This document shows, piece after piece, positions 11,724 to 26,716 of a stretch of DNA of 64,000 nucleotides. The DNA lies in contig OZ024751.1 of assembly GCA_964016885.1 (NCBI GenBank), forward strand, positions 8,246,001 to 8,310,000. Direction: 5' to 3'. A program made the position numbers and the translations under genes. The stretch is from Eledone cirrhosa (taxonomy: Eukaryota). The notes beneath the pieces were generated by a model. That model was not told where the DNA came from and did not search any database. It saw only the letters and a list, made by a program, of their open reading frames with translations. Numbering within the stretch: the stretch's first letter is position 1; every line of letters begins with the position of its first letter.

Positions 11724-13236
11724 ATGTATATATGTATGAATGTACGCATGTATGTATATATATATATGTGTGTGTGTTTGTATGTGTGTGTATATAAATT
11801 CCCACTTATGTATCTATATATATATGCATATGGTTGTGTTCAAATCTGTTTGTACGTGTATGTATATATATGCATATGCGTGTGCGTGTGTGATGTTGCG
11901 TGTGTATACAGTAGAGCATCATCATAATAATCAGTGGAGTAATTCATCACCGTAAATTCAGTAATTATTGCTTAAGTCGTCACTCTAGTAAAACAAACAA
12001 TAATAAGGAATGTAATAAGAAGGAAATAAAGGTAAAGTAACCTCCGTTTAATGCCGAAAAGTTAATCCTGCAGCAAAAGTGATAACAGATAGAGCAAATC
12101 TGATTGGCAGAGCAATAACTGTAATTACTATTAATTACATCATGTGTGAAATCGAACACATCTTCAAGATAAATGTATGTTCTTTCACTCATTTTCTCCA
12201 TTATCCTTATCAGTGTTTACACTATGTTTTGTTTTTAATTATCAACAATTAATTAATTCTATCTTATGTCAAATATTTGCGGGTTTTTTTTTCGGAGTGT
12301 TATTTTTCTTATTTTTTAATTTTTTTATTTTATTTTTATTTTTTTTATTTTGTTCCAACTTCGCAGACTTTATATATAATTAAACTGAAGAATCTTTATT
12401 TGTGTATTGCATGCACAACTTATCAGCTGAAATTAAAAACAAATATTTTCATTTTAAATTTTGTGTATTGTAGATAAACTATCAAATATGTTAGCTGTTG
12501 CCCAAGTTACATTCTACATTTAGTTGATTATCAATATCTGCCAAAAGCAAAAACATAACATTACCATATACAACATTGCCAGCGAAATATTCAGCAAAAA
12601 TATAATTGAATGTGACTCTAAACATGCAATTTATAAATCTATAAAACGTGAAATATTTTCAAATTTTAGAAACTAACCGAAACTTGCAAACTAACTTTTG
12701 ATATTTGACAAAACATAAAACGGTTGGCCTAAACAAACTTGATTTCAAATAGGAATAGTGAACATATTAGTATATACTAATGCTGAGACAAGATGTTTAG
12801 CAGAATTACAGTAATAAGGATTTTAGGTTTTCACTAATTCTTATAAATTTTGTGTCGCCGTTCACACAATCCTCTAATTTTAAGAACGTATATGATTTCA
12901 GCATGAACTTTACCAATCTAATCTCATAAAACGATAGATTATTACCTAGGAAAGACTAGGAACCTTTATTTCTGAAATTAACAAATTATATCAATATGTA
13001 AATGAATAACGTTGATTGATACATTTTTTTAATACAGAACAGATTTTTAGACCTACATGAAATTACCATATGTTAATTATATATATATATATAGTGCTAA
13101 TGAAATTAAATGTTTCTGGTCCAAACATATATACATATGTGTGTACGGCATTACTACATATAGGAGCAGTTATGAAGTATATATGAACAATAACAAAAAT
13201 TCTTGAGGTTACCATAAGATTTCATAATGTAATAAC

Positions 13237-13369
13237 TGTTTCTACTTTTGGCACAAGGCCAGCAATTACCCAGTACATTACTGGTACTTTATTTTATCGA
13301 CCTCTGTATGGATGAAAGACAAAGTTAACCTCGGCGGGATTTGAACTCAGATCGTAAAGGGACGTAACT
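13237..13369 (-). mobile_element. SINE family A with 18-bp target-site duplication
   Basis: atttcataatgtaataac at 13219-13236 and 13370-13387. Confidence 0.9.
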
Positions 13370-15489
13370 ATTTCATAATGTAATAACATTGATTATTTGT
13401 TTAACTGGTTCCCTGGGAACAACCATGTTGTGACATGAACAATATTCGACATGTTCAAGTAAAACACTGAACAGACATTATAAACCATCAGTCAGTCAGA
13501 GAAGTTAGTCGATATGTACTGCCAGCAGCATTTCCAAAACCATTATATTAAAATTATTCTATTAATCAAATTTAATAATAAATAGTTCATATTTAAGAAA
13601 TGCAGAATTATATTGTTTTCTAGAAGTACAGGTTGCCTGTAAGTAAAGTTTTTGATTTTCTCATTGAGAAATCTACTCTAGTAGCCACCTTTTTCGCTTA
13701 AAAAAACTTGAATAATTTGCAATTTTCAATCTATTAGAAGTTAGATATGAAATATTAACGAAATACAAACATCAAACGAACTAAATATACCACAACAAAT
13801 TTCATATGTTATATGGAGTAGAGACCACATGCACCATACACTCCACAATAATATACATCGAAACACTCCATATTAAGTAGACATATATCAAATACACGCA
13901 CAATATGAAATATCCGCTCAATATGAAATCCACTTAATATATAAAATATACATAACAGCACGTGATACATATTCCACAATGATGTGCACCTACTTTAATA
14001 AAATATACACACCTTATGACCTACACATACGTCAATCAATTACACATATCATAAAGAAATACCCTCACGTAACAATAACATACAGATACCACATATAGAT
14101 ACCATACTCACTACACCTACCACAGTGGAATATATCCTACCCATATTCCTGTGGGATTTACACCACGCTATGTTCTGAACATACCACAAACTAATGGAAA
14201 ACCAACCATTAAAATATTCCCATTCTGAGATGATAAAGAACCAATTATAATTTAGAACAATTTCGTCACAACATTTACAATACTGTTTAATTGAAATTGA
14301 TTTCAATTCTGTTATGCATTGTTTATTTGTTGTCTTTTGTTCTTATTTGTTTTTCCACATGGGTAAACTGAGATCTGTCGATTGATTAGTTCTTTCGTAA
14401 CATATACATGGCACTTTTTTTTAATTCAACTTCAAATTATGAGTTATACGTTATTTAAAAGATCTCGTTTTCACGTTAACACGTTGCAATATATGTAGGG
14501 AAAACAAAAGCAAACTTAATTGTGAGCTACAAAAGAGCCACAATTCTAAAGTTCAAAACGAAATAATGCAGTAGAGCCACAGGGAGAAAATTAACAAAAC
14601 ATTGTAGATGCCCTCTTATAGAGAATGACCAGAATTGAAAGGTTTTAGTTGACACATTAAAGTGACATGTTTAAAGATCAGGGAAACTAAGACAGGAAAA
14701 CGAAAAGAATGTAACAAATGAAAGGAGAGAGAAAAGAAAATCCTCGAGGCTTATATAACAACATTCGTCAGTAACTAATGAAATTGTGTCAGTAAGCAGG
14801 GCATAGAGGTGTCACATATCTTCATGCTAATAAAGACTGTATTATGAAAAAATAAATTAAAACGACATTCGTGTAATTTAAATCAATTTACAAGAATGTA
14901 ATTGTTTCAATAACAAAACAATGCCTGAAGCAGTATGTGCTGTTATGATGGAATACATCCTAGAATGGAAATATAACCTCAAATAATAACTGCTAGGAAC
15001 CTCACAAATTTAACGCACCGAAACATACGAGAAGAGCGAGAGAAATAAATAAAAACAAATAGAAACATAAAACAAAACAAAACAAAACCGACCACCAATT
15101 CACTGCCAAATAATTTGAATCGGACAGAAAGAAAGAAAAGACAACAAAAAAAATAGAGAATATATTTATTTGCCAAATGATACAGAAAGCCACTGATCCG
15201 AATCTCCGGTGAAGAAGGCGACAGCAACAGGATAATAACATCGACCCCGCATCTTCGGTAAAAGAAGGCACTCGAGTCACAGCATACTGCCTGGCAGCCC
15301 GACCTGGTAGCAGTTTCATCTCCACCACCATTAACAAGAGGGAGGCAACGACAACAACTGTGACATTAAAATCAACAACACACGTACGTTACATCAACAT
15401 CTCACCAGCAATCTCCACCATTAACAAGAGGAAGCCAACCCCAGCATCAGTGACTCACCTCCAGCTACAAGGTCCTATGACAAGCTGCT

Positions 15490-18400
15490 AAGTTGCTCGC
15501 ACGTGTGCGTGCTGAACTCTGGGTCTTTCCGCTGGGAACAATCCCCTGCCCCCCCCCCCCCCTTCTTTGTACATTCATCCATTCACTCATTCATTTACTA
15601 ACATTCTACCTTCTCGTGTCCCCCCCTCCACTGGGCAACTTTTCTCTCTTGTATTCTGACATCTCTATATATATAGGTGAGCTATGGGGCCCTCTTACAA
15701 GCACTTTACCTTCCACCCACACAAGCCAGCCACCCACCCCTGATGCCGCTCGGTGCCCCGGTCCCCGGCCGCACGCCCATCACCCATCCCTCCAAGCCGA
15801 CATCTCTAGCACTTGCAGTACCACTAACAAATGGAAGAGGGGCCGGACCTATTTGGGGTGCGGCTGCTTCCACCATCTCACCTGCGTTGGCTTGACTCGC
15901 AGCGTTGAGGTTCAGGAGCTGCCTCTTCCCAACGTCGTCCCAGCACGGTCGTCTGGCACACCACCAGCTGGGACAGCGTGCTTGCCTGGCGCCCCAGCCT
16001 TGCTGGTCAACATCGCTCCATTCAGGCGGCTCCGGAAGATCCCACTTAGGATCCCGAGAGCGGCACGGGTGTCGAAGCCGATGCCCTCGCTTCCTCGATT
16101 GAGAGCGCCCTGGACTCCAATCGAGCCCGTGACTGGGAGCGGCTGTTCTATTTCGCGCCACTCGCCCTCGGCCACCCCAGCTCTAGCGCTGACCGGGGCG
16201 GTCGGTCTACAGCAGCCTTCGTCAAGGCCAATGTCTCGTCCCTTGGGCGAGCCCCCATTCCAAGCGTTCCCAGGTACGCCACGCACCCCACCCTCAGGTA
16301 ACCCCTATCATCCACCCCCGATCTCAGCGCCAAGCGTTTGCGTGACCAGGTAAACTCCAAGCTCATCATGGGTGATGTCTCGGCCGCAGTCAAAGTTGTT
16401 GCCTCAGAGGACACTGTCTTCCAAACTACCGAGGAGGTCCTGGCTGCTTTGCGACTCAAATACCCTGACCCACCTACTGATCTCAGATCCATACCCACCA
16501 CTCTGCCCCCACTTGCTCCTTGTGGCTTCTGATGCAGACATCAATTCCGCCATCAGGTCCTTCCCAGTTAGCAGCTACCCGGCCACCTCTTGGAGTTGAT
16601 ATCCCCCCTCTCCGCTGAGGCCGGGCGCTGCCTTCTGAGTGCAACTGTGGAGCTCACCAATAGGCTCGTCCATGGCGCCCTGGGCCTATTTTTTCGGCCA
16701 GCTTCACCGCTCTCAGGAAGAAAGAGAGTGGCATACGCCCCATTGCTGTGGGCAATGTCTTCCGGGGGCTGGCTGCCAAGGTGATCCGTGTCCGGTGGCT
16801 GTGAGGGGGCAGCTCATGCAACCAGGCAGTTCTTCAACAGCTGCCCATCGGAACCGGCATCCAGGGACTCCAGGCACCTCATTGTCAAGCTTGACATGAG
16901 AAATGCCTTCAACGTTTTACGCCGGGATCATCTGCACAAGGCCTGCCTCAGCCGAGCCCCCTCTGCCTACCCACTGGCCTATCTGTCTTATGGAGCCCCG
17001 AGCATGCTCCTTGCTGCTGATACGGTCACACCCTCGGTTACTGGGGTCCAACATGGCTACCCTTTGGGACCCATCCTGTTCACGCTTGGTATTGACCACA
17101 TCCCCCGGAGTATCACGGCCACTCTCAACGTTTGGTATCTGGATGATGTTACGTTGGGCGGGCCCGTACCGACGGTCTGCCATGTCCTTCAATCGGTGGT
17201 TCCTGCCCTGGCGAGAATCAGCCTCCAGGTCAACTCGGCCAAGTCGGAGGTGATGAATGTCAGCCTCGATGCTGCGAGCTCTGCAGCCTCCGTCTTGACG
17301 TGCGGTCCACACTCCACTAGGTTCAAGTAACCCCCAAAGAGGATGTACTGATGCTCGGGTAACCGATCCACCCACCGGCCATCCGCTCCACCATCAGGTC
17401 CAGGCTTCAACTGCGCGAAACTTTCACGAGCCGACTGGGCTTGATTGACGGCCACCCAGCTCTCTTTCTGCTGAGGAACTGCTTCACCATGCCGAAGCTC
17501 CTCCTTACACTGCGCAGCGCTCCGTGCTATATCCAGACTTTTCTCCTCGCTGACCTCAATACTTGTATCCGAGCAGCAGCCGAGGAGATATGCAACGTCA
17601 AGTTTGATGACATAGCGTGTCAACAGGCCACTTTACCTGTCAAGCATGGCGGCCTTGGCCTCCGGTCCCCGATCTCACTAGCTTAGCCGGCGTATCTTTC
17701 GTCGGTAACCTCGTGTCGCGTCCCCGTCAGCAGATTTCTTCAAAACACAACTGAACCCTCTGTGTTCAGAGAACGTGAGGTCATCTGTGAGGCGCGGTAC
17801 CGGCTGGGAGTTAGCCCAGTAGACGTCCCTCCTCCTTCCCCCCTGTTGACGACAAGTGCCCCAACGCACTTGGGTAGCCATCCAGTGCAGCCTGACCTCA
17901 GACAAGCTCACGCAACAGCTCGACCAGCACCGTCTTGCTTGTTTTCGTGCGCCCTCCGAAAACCACAGTGGTGCCTGGCTCCATGACCTGCCCTCCTTCT
18001 CCACTGGCATGCAACTAGACCACCATAGCCTGCGCCTCGGCGTTTCCCTCAGGCTCGGCCTCCGGATCTGCCAGCCACACGCTTTCCTGTCGTCAAAGTG
18101 CCGGCGGCATTCGACGCCATGCTGCCCTCAACGAGGTCATTAAGCATGGCCTGGACGCTGCAAGCTTCCCTTCCAAGCTCGAGCCGGTGGGGCTGGATCG
18201 AAGGGACGACAAAGGCCAGATGGCATGACCATCTTCACGTTCTGCGGTGGCAAACCCCTAGTCTCGGATGCCACTTGCACCGAAACTTTCTGCAGCCGCT
18301 ACCTGGTCCAGTCTGCGACTGACTCATTTTCTGCTACACGTCGGGCTCAGGGAGCAAAACTCCTCAAATACCGGTCGCTCTCCGACAGGTTTGCGGTCGT

Positions 18401-18645
18401 ATCCCTGGCAGTGGAGACTTCTGCTGTATTTAGCCTCAGCGCTACCTCCTTACACTCACCACCATAGGCGCTGAGCTGGCCAGCCGCAGGTGTGAGCCCC
18501 GCGAGTTGGAGTGGCTCTTCCAGCGCGCCTCCCTCGCCGTCCTCCGAGGAAACGCCTTCTCCATTCTGTCCGCCGGGGCTGTGGGTGGGTCCCATCGCGT
18601 ACCCTTGTAGTTGTTGTAGAAGAAACAGGAAGACAACATATAAAC
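15490..18645 (+). mobile_element. decayed CRE-clade non-LTR retrotransposon (RT plus restriction-like endonuclease)
   Basis: GC-rich island; frameshifted motifs GIRPIAVG, GGCEGAAHA, KLDMRNAFN, GVQHGYPLGPILF, WYLDD, LPVKHGGLG, SGAWL, RPDGMT..GKPLV.DAT. Confidence 0.88.
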
Positions 18646-18982
18646 TAAAACTTTACATTGTATCTATTTCAATGTAGATAAAGTCACTTACCAGACAACA
18701 GCCTCATTAAAACAAGATATTACGCTAATTTGTAAATATAGTCGCATCCATGCAGATACCTATAATAATAAATGATAACATTATGAAGATGGGAATAGAG
18801 GACTATTATTCCTACGGGTGGTGATCAAAGTAGGCTGGCATGCCAGGTGAGCGGTTTTAAAAATTACAGTGGGTTTCTGTCAGTTAAGTACCGTTTTATA
18901 GGTCATTTCAGCGTAACACCAAAAGTGTAAACATAACTTGATATATATTGAAATATATTCACCAACATGCAGATAAATATAA

Positions 18983-19202
18983 CTGTTTCTACGTTTGGCA
19001 CAAGGCCAGCAAATACCCCATGTATTACTGGTACTTTATTTTATCGACCCCGTAAGGATGAAAGGCAAAGTTAACCTCGGCGAGATTTGAACTCAGACCA
19101 ATCATCCGACCCTCTACCGATACTGCCAATCCACCGCAGATAAATATAATTGTTTCTACTTTAGGCACAAGGCCAGCAATCACCCAGTGCATTACTGGTA
19201 CC
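18983..19202 (-). mobile_element. two SINE A pieces in tandem, delimited by three copies of the target site
   Basis: gcagataaatata at 18969, 19136 and 19203. Confidence 0.85.
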
Positions 19203-19341
19203 GCAGATAAATATAATAGCTGAATACATGAGATTGATTGTTCAATAAATCGAGTAAACTTGGAGTTAGTAAATGGGGACAACAATTCATAAATCAGTCA
19301 AGTTTTCTTTACAATTATTAAAATAGGTTATGTATTCCTGT

Positions 19342-19511
19342 GAGGGCGGTACATTGGCAGTACCAGGAGAGTCTCGGACACTCTGAGTTCAAATCCCGCC
19401 GAGGTTATCTTTGACTTTCAACCTTGCAGGGTCGATAAAATAAAACACCAGTAATGCACTGGGGCCGATTTAATCGACTTTCTCTCTAGGTGCCTATAGT
19501 TGAAATCATTA
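19342..19511 (+). mobile_element. SINE family A (diverged)
   Basis: gggcggtacattggcag..gagttcaaatcccgccgagg..gtcgataaaa. Confidence 0.8.
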
Positions 19512-20261
19512 TATATCCCTTTTGTCGTTCTTCTGTCTGGCTAAGATACAGACAATCCTATATATTGTTGACATTTGATCAAATAATCTCAAGCCATAAC
19601 TATGTTGTCATTTATTCCATGTGAATAGATTCCGTCAATATTATGCAACGTACCATGCGTTTGTATTTTCTGAATTGAAGAAGAGGATGTTGCTATTGAA
19701 CTACTGATTGTAACGTTCTCAAAGTTGTTCGTTGTGGTACCTATAACGTATACTAAGATGCTTTAAATATACTTCTTTTCAATGGAGTTTTATACTGTAA
19801 ATAAGTGCAACATTATCTTATATAATAGTAATTTTGAAACTATTACACATTTTCTATTTATTTCACAAACAGAAATAAATTTCTTTTATCATTTGATATC
19901 TTTTCCATTTTCCTAATATATTAGCTATGAAACTTTATTAGATTCTGAATATTGTTATATAATGGATATAATATATTGATTTGTTCCAAGAAATCAATAT
20001 TTTAAAGAATGAAACGGTAGTACTCCAATTTAACGTATTTATATAACTGGCACTTATTTCGTTAACAACAGAGTAATGAAGCTCAAAGTGGATGTATCTC
20101 TGATCTCTACCAATTTCAGGTTATTTTTAGTTTAAAATCAATATTAGTTGTATTAGTAACAAGATGAATCTATCTCATATAATTGTGAATTTCATCTCAT
20201 GTGACATGTTTGGGGAAATCGTATTGTCTAGGGTAAAAAACTGTGTGTTTATATATGTATG

Positions 20262-20354
<93 letters not shown>

Positions 20355-20358
<4 letters not shown>

Positions 20359-20491
20359 ATGATGATGTGGTTAGATAGCAGGTGGACCATAACGCACCAG
20401 ATTAATCAATACTAAAAGTTGTAGAGTTGTAGAGTGGGTAAAAGGAGACGAGCCAGGACTCCGACAGCCTTAGGGGTGCGAACTCTTTTCC
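20355..20491 (-). mobile_element. short (TA)n-embedded family H element (diverged)
   Basis: tggaccataacgcacc..gtagagtgggtaa shared with the copies at 28258, 34335, 53459 and 56404. Confidence 0.7.
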
Positions 20492-20595
<104 letters not shown>

Positions 20596-20613
20596 GTATA
20601 TATATATATAGTA

Positions 20614-20773
20614 ATAATTGTTTCTACATAGAGTACAAGGCCAGCAATTACTCAGTGCATTACTGGTACTTTATTTTATCGACACCGTAAGGATGAAAGG
20701 CAAAGTTAACCTCGGCGGGATTTGAACTCGGTCCGTAAGGGGACGTAACTGTGGTGCAAACATGGCGTCCGAC
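20614..20773 (-). mobile_element. SINE family A
   Basis: Matches the other copies. Confidence 0.85.
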
Positions 20774-20989
20774 TTTTATCCAAATAGGGCTCGATAAGGA
20801 TAAATATATATCAAATATATATGAACCGTAGAGCAAATATTTATTAAAATAACAGATTAAAATTTTGAGGAAAGATATATATATATATATATGTATATAT
20901 ATTTTAACGATCGACTTTCGTCAAATCGGACCGAGGGAACAATGTTTCCGTTGGTCTTTCCAATTGCTAATACTATCTATCGGTCGCAA

Positions 20990-21489
<500 letters not shown>

Positions 21490-21761
21490 TTATTACTACA
21501 TATATGATTTATTAAAATGCTCAGTATTTATAATTTGAGCTTGTTAATTACAGGGTATCAGTATGAGTTATTAACTCTGCCTTTTATTTGTATATATATA
21601 TATATATAAACGGAAAAAATGAAACGAAATTTCATTTCCCCCTCTTAGTACGGCTGTTACTTAAATATAAGTATGTATACGCACATACACATATGTATAC
21701 ATATATATATATATACATACTACTGTGCGTCTGTATACATATGTGTATGTGCGTATACATA

Positions 21762-21796
<35 letters not shown>

Positions 21797-21797
<1 letters not shown>

Positions 21798-22058
21798 AAA
21801 AGTCAGCTCAAAAGTGACACAGAGGAGACTGAGGTTAGCTGGACATGCTCACCGACATCCAGAGTTGACATTGCACTCAGTGCTCCTTTGGGAACCCCTA
21901 TATGGACACACTAGAAGAGGAAGACCAAGGTTAACGTATGTTGATGCCCTAAGGACAGACACTGGTCTGTTGGAGACGCAGGACATGCAGCTATAATGAG
22001 GGATAGAGACCGCTGGAGCGAACTCGTCCATGGATCTCGGGAATTTTACCCGCCTTAG

Positions 22059-22060
<2 letters not shown>
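21797..22060 (+). mobile_element. 3' end fragment of RTE-type LINE (same family as 31325-33285)
   Basis: VSSKVTQRRLRLAGH..LLWEPLYGHTRRGRPRLTYVD; near-identical to about 33015-33272. Confidence 0.9.
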
Positions 22061-22089
<29 letters not shown>

Positions 22090-23247
22090 TATATACGTAT
22101 GTATGTATATATATATATATATATATATACATGCACACATGTATTCATTGGTACACGCATGCATACTTAAATATGCACTTACGTACTTATATACAAAATA
22201 TGACAAAAGACCAATTTAACAACTTAATTTCATTCTTTAATTTCTATGTCCATTTTAATACGGTTACAATGGCTTTTGCATATGTAAACAACGGGAAATA
22301 ATGAATTTTCAATTCTTAACATCATAAACAAAGACTATAATTGCATGTCTTCAGGAAAATGTCAGAAAGATCAAAGTTTACCAAGTACAAATGTTATCAA
22401 GGATAGAGTTCACATCAGAACTGAGCGTAAAGCAAGCATTTAATTTAAAAAGTATATTTACTATATGGAGATTTTTGACCATGTAAAATTATAGAATGCG
22501 GTACTAATCATTGTGTCAATGCTATTTACTATGTTTAACTTATATGTTTAGAATAATATCCGTCGTTGCTCTTGCAGGAGTGGAAATTATTTAAGAGGCC
22601 ATAGCAAACATATATATAACTGTATTATGGAAACTAGACGGCCAGTTATATTCTACACAAAGCCATAGTGTCTCATAGACGTCATTCTCAATTGAGTATA
22701 TTGCTTCAGCAATACAGATGTGTTTTAATATGATGTGTACTATAAATACTAGGTGAAACATTCTCATAAAGCATTTCCTAAATTATTACTGAGGATTCAA
22801 TAATTTCCGTTCTCATGAATTATTATATTGAAGAAAAATGTATCTTCATCATTCTGAATATGACATATGTTTTTACTATCGCAATACGTAGACACTATCA
22901 ATAATTCTAAATGCCAGTAGTTTACGTCAATTTAAAACAAGATTGATTAGCTACATAGGCGCAAAGCTACAGATGTCAGTTTATTCAAGCTTAGAATCAT
23001 ACAAACCAATTTTCCGCGCACACCAGGAGTTTGTATGTTTTGTTGAACTTAACTATATTTCCATCCTTCAAAAAGTGACCTTAGAAAATTTACTCAATAT
23101 CATTATATCACAATGTTGATAAAATCTAATGTCAGTATCACAAATGATCAGTCCCTTTGTTAGTATATTACATTTTTTTTTATACCAGGACGATTGTCTA
23201 ACTCGTTAGTTAAATCTCAAATCATACGTTCATGCTAAAGAGTTTCA

Positions 23248-23286
<39 letters not shown>

Positions 23287-23433
23287 GATGATTCAGTTTG
23301 AAACTTGTTAGCCAATTACACAGCAGATTACTATATATTTGGATTAGAAAAGTATGTTTATATTATAAAGTGTCAGGATCCAACGGCTGAGCTTTTGCCG
23401 TCTCAAAAGCTAGTTCCAGGTTGAATTATATAT

Positions 23434-23638
23434 ATGTGAGAAAAACCACAGACCCTCCATCTCAACTCTACTTTTGAAAAGCAGAAGAACTGCGAAACCG
23501 GTAAAGGAACCAAATAAATATATATATTTTTTTTAAAAATAAGACTCCAGTTGCATTTTCGATTTCATCTCTTTTTCTTTATACTTTCACTCGTGTATGA
23601 CACCTCGGTTATTTTCCAATTTGTAAAAAAAACCTCAC

Positions 23639-23645
<7 letters not shown>
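23434..23645 (+). mobile_element. ~210-bp family F element with U3-A8 HHR at 23471-23506
   Basis: ctt-TTGAAAA-gcag aagaa ctgc-GAAA-ccgg-TA-aag; near-identical to the reverse complement of 52421-52631; rearranged copy at 10041-10175. Confidence 0.85.
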
Positions 23646-23693
<48 letters not shown>

Positions 23694-23737
23694 TGAAAAA
23701 GAACAAAGGAACTATTATGACATTATAACAAGTTTAT

Positions 23738-23784
23738 TGCCGACAGCCGTTTCGTCCGACCCCATGGTGGGACTTATCAAGGCA
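23738..23784 (-). ncRNA. hammerhead, U3-A8 variant
   Basis: Reverse complement of 24041-24087. Confidence 0.82.
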
Positions 23785-24040
23785 TATAACATGTGATTGC
23801 AAGATCATTGTTTACATCAACGTATCACTCAAGGCTAGCAGTTTGAAATTGTTGTATACATCAGCAACTCCGCTTGTATAGTTGGGGTCAATATTCTAAG
23901 GGGGGGCTCGTTTTAAGAGCCCCCCTTAGAATATTGACCCCAACTATACAAGCGGAGTTGCTGATGTATACAACAATTTCAAACTGCTAGCCTTGAGTGA
24001 TACGTTGATGTAAACAATGATCTTGCAATCACATGTTATA

Positions 24041-24087
24041 TGCCTTGATAAGTCCCACCATGGGGTCGGACGAAACGGCTGTCGGCA
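24041..24087 (+). ncRNA. hammerhead, U3-A8 variant
   Basis: tgcc-TTGATAA-gtcc..ggac-GAAA-cggctg-TC-ggca, immediately followed by AATAAA. Confidence 0.82.
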
Positions 24088-24240
24088 ATAAACTTGTTAT
24101 AATGTCATAATAGTTCCTTTGTTCTTTTTCACTAATATTTCTGCTCTGCGTATACGCATAGAGCTTAACTAGCTACCGTCACATATTTGGTAAGTCAGAC
24201 GTGATCATCGCGATTCACATACGACCTACCATACATCTTA

Positions 24241-24294
<54 letters not shown>

Positions 24295-24384
24295 ATAGGC
24301 ACCTACATAAATGTGTGTACTCGTGTGTTTCCTGCGTGTGTACGTTTGATCGGCTGTGTAGAATACATAAATGAAAATATATAG

Positions 24385-25003
24385 CGATTTCTAATTCAGA
24401 CACGAGATAAACTATTTATGAGGCTGGAGTTCGATTGTTTTGAGCCAGGAACATGATTGGTACTCTGAGATATCGACTTCGAAAGGATGAAATGAAAAGT
24501 TCATATTGGCAGGATTTGAATTCACAACATATGGAACTGGATCAAATAATATTTTCTACTTTAGGCATAAAGCTAGCAGTTTGAAGGGAAGGGGGAAGTC
24601 GATTAAATCAACACCAATGCTTACAGGTGCTTTATTTTATCAACCCCGTAAGGATGAAAGGCAAATTTAACCTCGGCGGGATTTGAACAAAGAACTTAAA
24701 AGGCCGTAACTCTATGCTACGAAGCATGGTATCCGACGCTCTACGGATACAGCGATATATGCATGTTGTTCTAACAGCTCTGGAAATCGTCCACCCTAAT
24801 GATATTATATAATTGTATCTACCCTTCGACATACAGGCCCGCAATTACTCCAGTGCATTACTGGTGCTTTATGTTATCGACATTGTAAGGATGAAAGGCA
24901 AAGTTAACCTCGGCGGGATTTGAAATCAGATCAGAAAGGGTCGTAACTCGATGATGCAAAGCATGTCATTCGACCCTCTACCGATATTACCAATCCACCG
25001 CCC
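24385..25003 (-). mobile_element. cluster of three SINE A copies of different ages
   Basis: aaggatgaaa(g/t)g..gatttgaa motif at about 24483, 24649 and 24887; TSD-like gatattatataat at 24801 and 25008. Confidence 0.8.
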
Positions 25004-26361
25004 TAAGGATATTATATAATGCAATCTAATAGATTATATTTTATAGCATGTTACTTTGACAAACTTTGTATTCCACTAGTCAACAGCTCACTTCTGCTTT
25101 CACATTGTTATTTCACAGCTTCATGTGCTAACTGACAGCTGACATTTGCTGTTTCACACTTCCATATTTTACTTAACATGTTAGCTGATATATTGTCGAG
25201 GATTAGTTTTTCTCCATATTTCCTTTATAAAGGGCACTAGAAGGCATGATTTAAAATACTTCAGTGCATTCTATATGTTTTCGTTTTAGAAAGAAAATTA
25301 AATACATATAAAATCGAAAAAACACACAAAGTAAGTAAATATATAAAAGATACAAAGCGAGCATTCTTCATTTACATATAACGAATAGTTCTTTGTGTTC
25401 TCTTAAATTGTTGAATAATTATTCCCGTTGGGTTTTTAATTCCCAATATAACGACTTCACTTACAGTTAAACAATTTTCGATTAATTATCATTTTCCTTC
25501 CAAAAGCTATAACTCAATAGTTGATTACATTTTCATTTTCTAGTCTTCTAAAGCAGTGACATAATTATATTCCTATTTCCCATAAAATTAAATGAAAATT
25601 GTTTATTCACTCAAGTTAAAGAAATGCGTGTTGAATGGTCTTGGTGTATTTTTAATGTTTGTATGTTATATTTTCAGTATCTTACAGACATTGAGAGAAA
25701 TAGTACATGTTTCCTAATAATGAGTTATTGGAAGATTACTTTTTTTTTTTTCTACAAAACTTGAAATTTAAAACATAACATTGTCTCTAGTTAATTACAC
25801 TCTACTACACCTCTCGCCATTAAGTGCGATCATATCCTCCCATTTATTTCCACTGATTCATTATACACATGTCTATCCAATAGATGAGGTACTACTTTAT
25901 AGTGCACCGTAGTTATTAGACTCAATTTCACACAGCAGAGTGAGGGGTTCGTTGTGTGGACTATGTGAAGCAGTATACCGTTCAAAGGCCTTCTCAATTC
26001 ATAGGAAATAGTCGATACAGTTTATTGCATGTAGTAGTGTTCAGTGATATAAGAGACATTCAAAGTAACTGGTTTTGTCGTTGTTTCCTTGGAAATATAT
26101 ACACATGCTAGTCAGCAAACTCATCCGGGGTATATGGTGTAACGTTTTTCTACATATAATTACAGAAGAACAGACATGTAATATTTGGATGGCTGTTGAT
26201 TATGCTGAGTTCCTCCGCCCTTTTCGAGGTTGTGTATTTAATCCCGCAGGATATGCTAATATCACCCATCTCACCAAGCAAGCCTGGTGGGGGTTTCCAG
26301 TTTCGACCATGAGACGGATTGTACTGGGTTACATGTTAACAAGATCGAGCGACCTGACATA

Positions 26362-26433
<72 letters not shown>

Positions 26434-26460
26434 TAAAATAACATATTAAACGGAAATAAT

Positions 26461-26716
26461 TGTCTCTACTTTAGGCACAAGGCCAGCAAATTATCCAGTG
26501 CATTACTGGTACTTTATTTTATCGACCCCGCAAGGATGAAAGGCAAAGTCAACCTAGGCGGGATTTGAACTCAGATCGTAAAGGGACGTAACTATGCTGG
26601 AAAGCATGGCGTCCGACCCTCTACGAAAATAATTGTTTCTACTTTAGGCACAAGGCCAGCAATTACCCAGTGCATTACTGGTACTTTATTTTATCGACCC
26701 CGTAAGGATGAAAGGC
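26461..26716 (-). mobile_element. two tandem SINE A pieces with triplicated target site
   Basis: acg(g/a)aaataat at 26450, 26623 and 26717. Confidence 0.82.

Larger units (their letters stand above)
23687..24243. mobile_element. near-perfect palindrome (arms about 222 bp, 7-bp spacer) with outward-facing HHRs
   Basis: Arms 23687-23909 and 23917-24138; centre gggggctc-gttttaa-gagccccc. Confidence 0.93.

Noticed and set aside
11900-12200. Possible host promoter or conserved element (CTGATTGG, TAATCC, TGATAA)
   Set aside because: Short motifs are expected by chance; no independent support without comparative data.
15493-16353. 286-aa Pro-rich ORF as a host gene
   Set aside because: Lies in the 5' part of the decayed CRE element and mixes UTR with frameshifted ORF.
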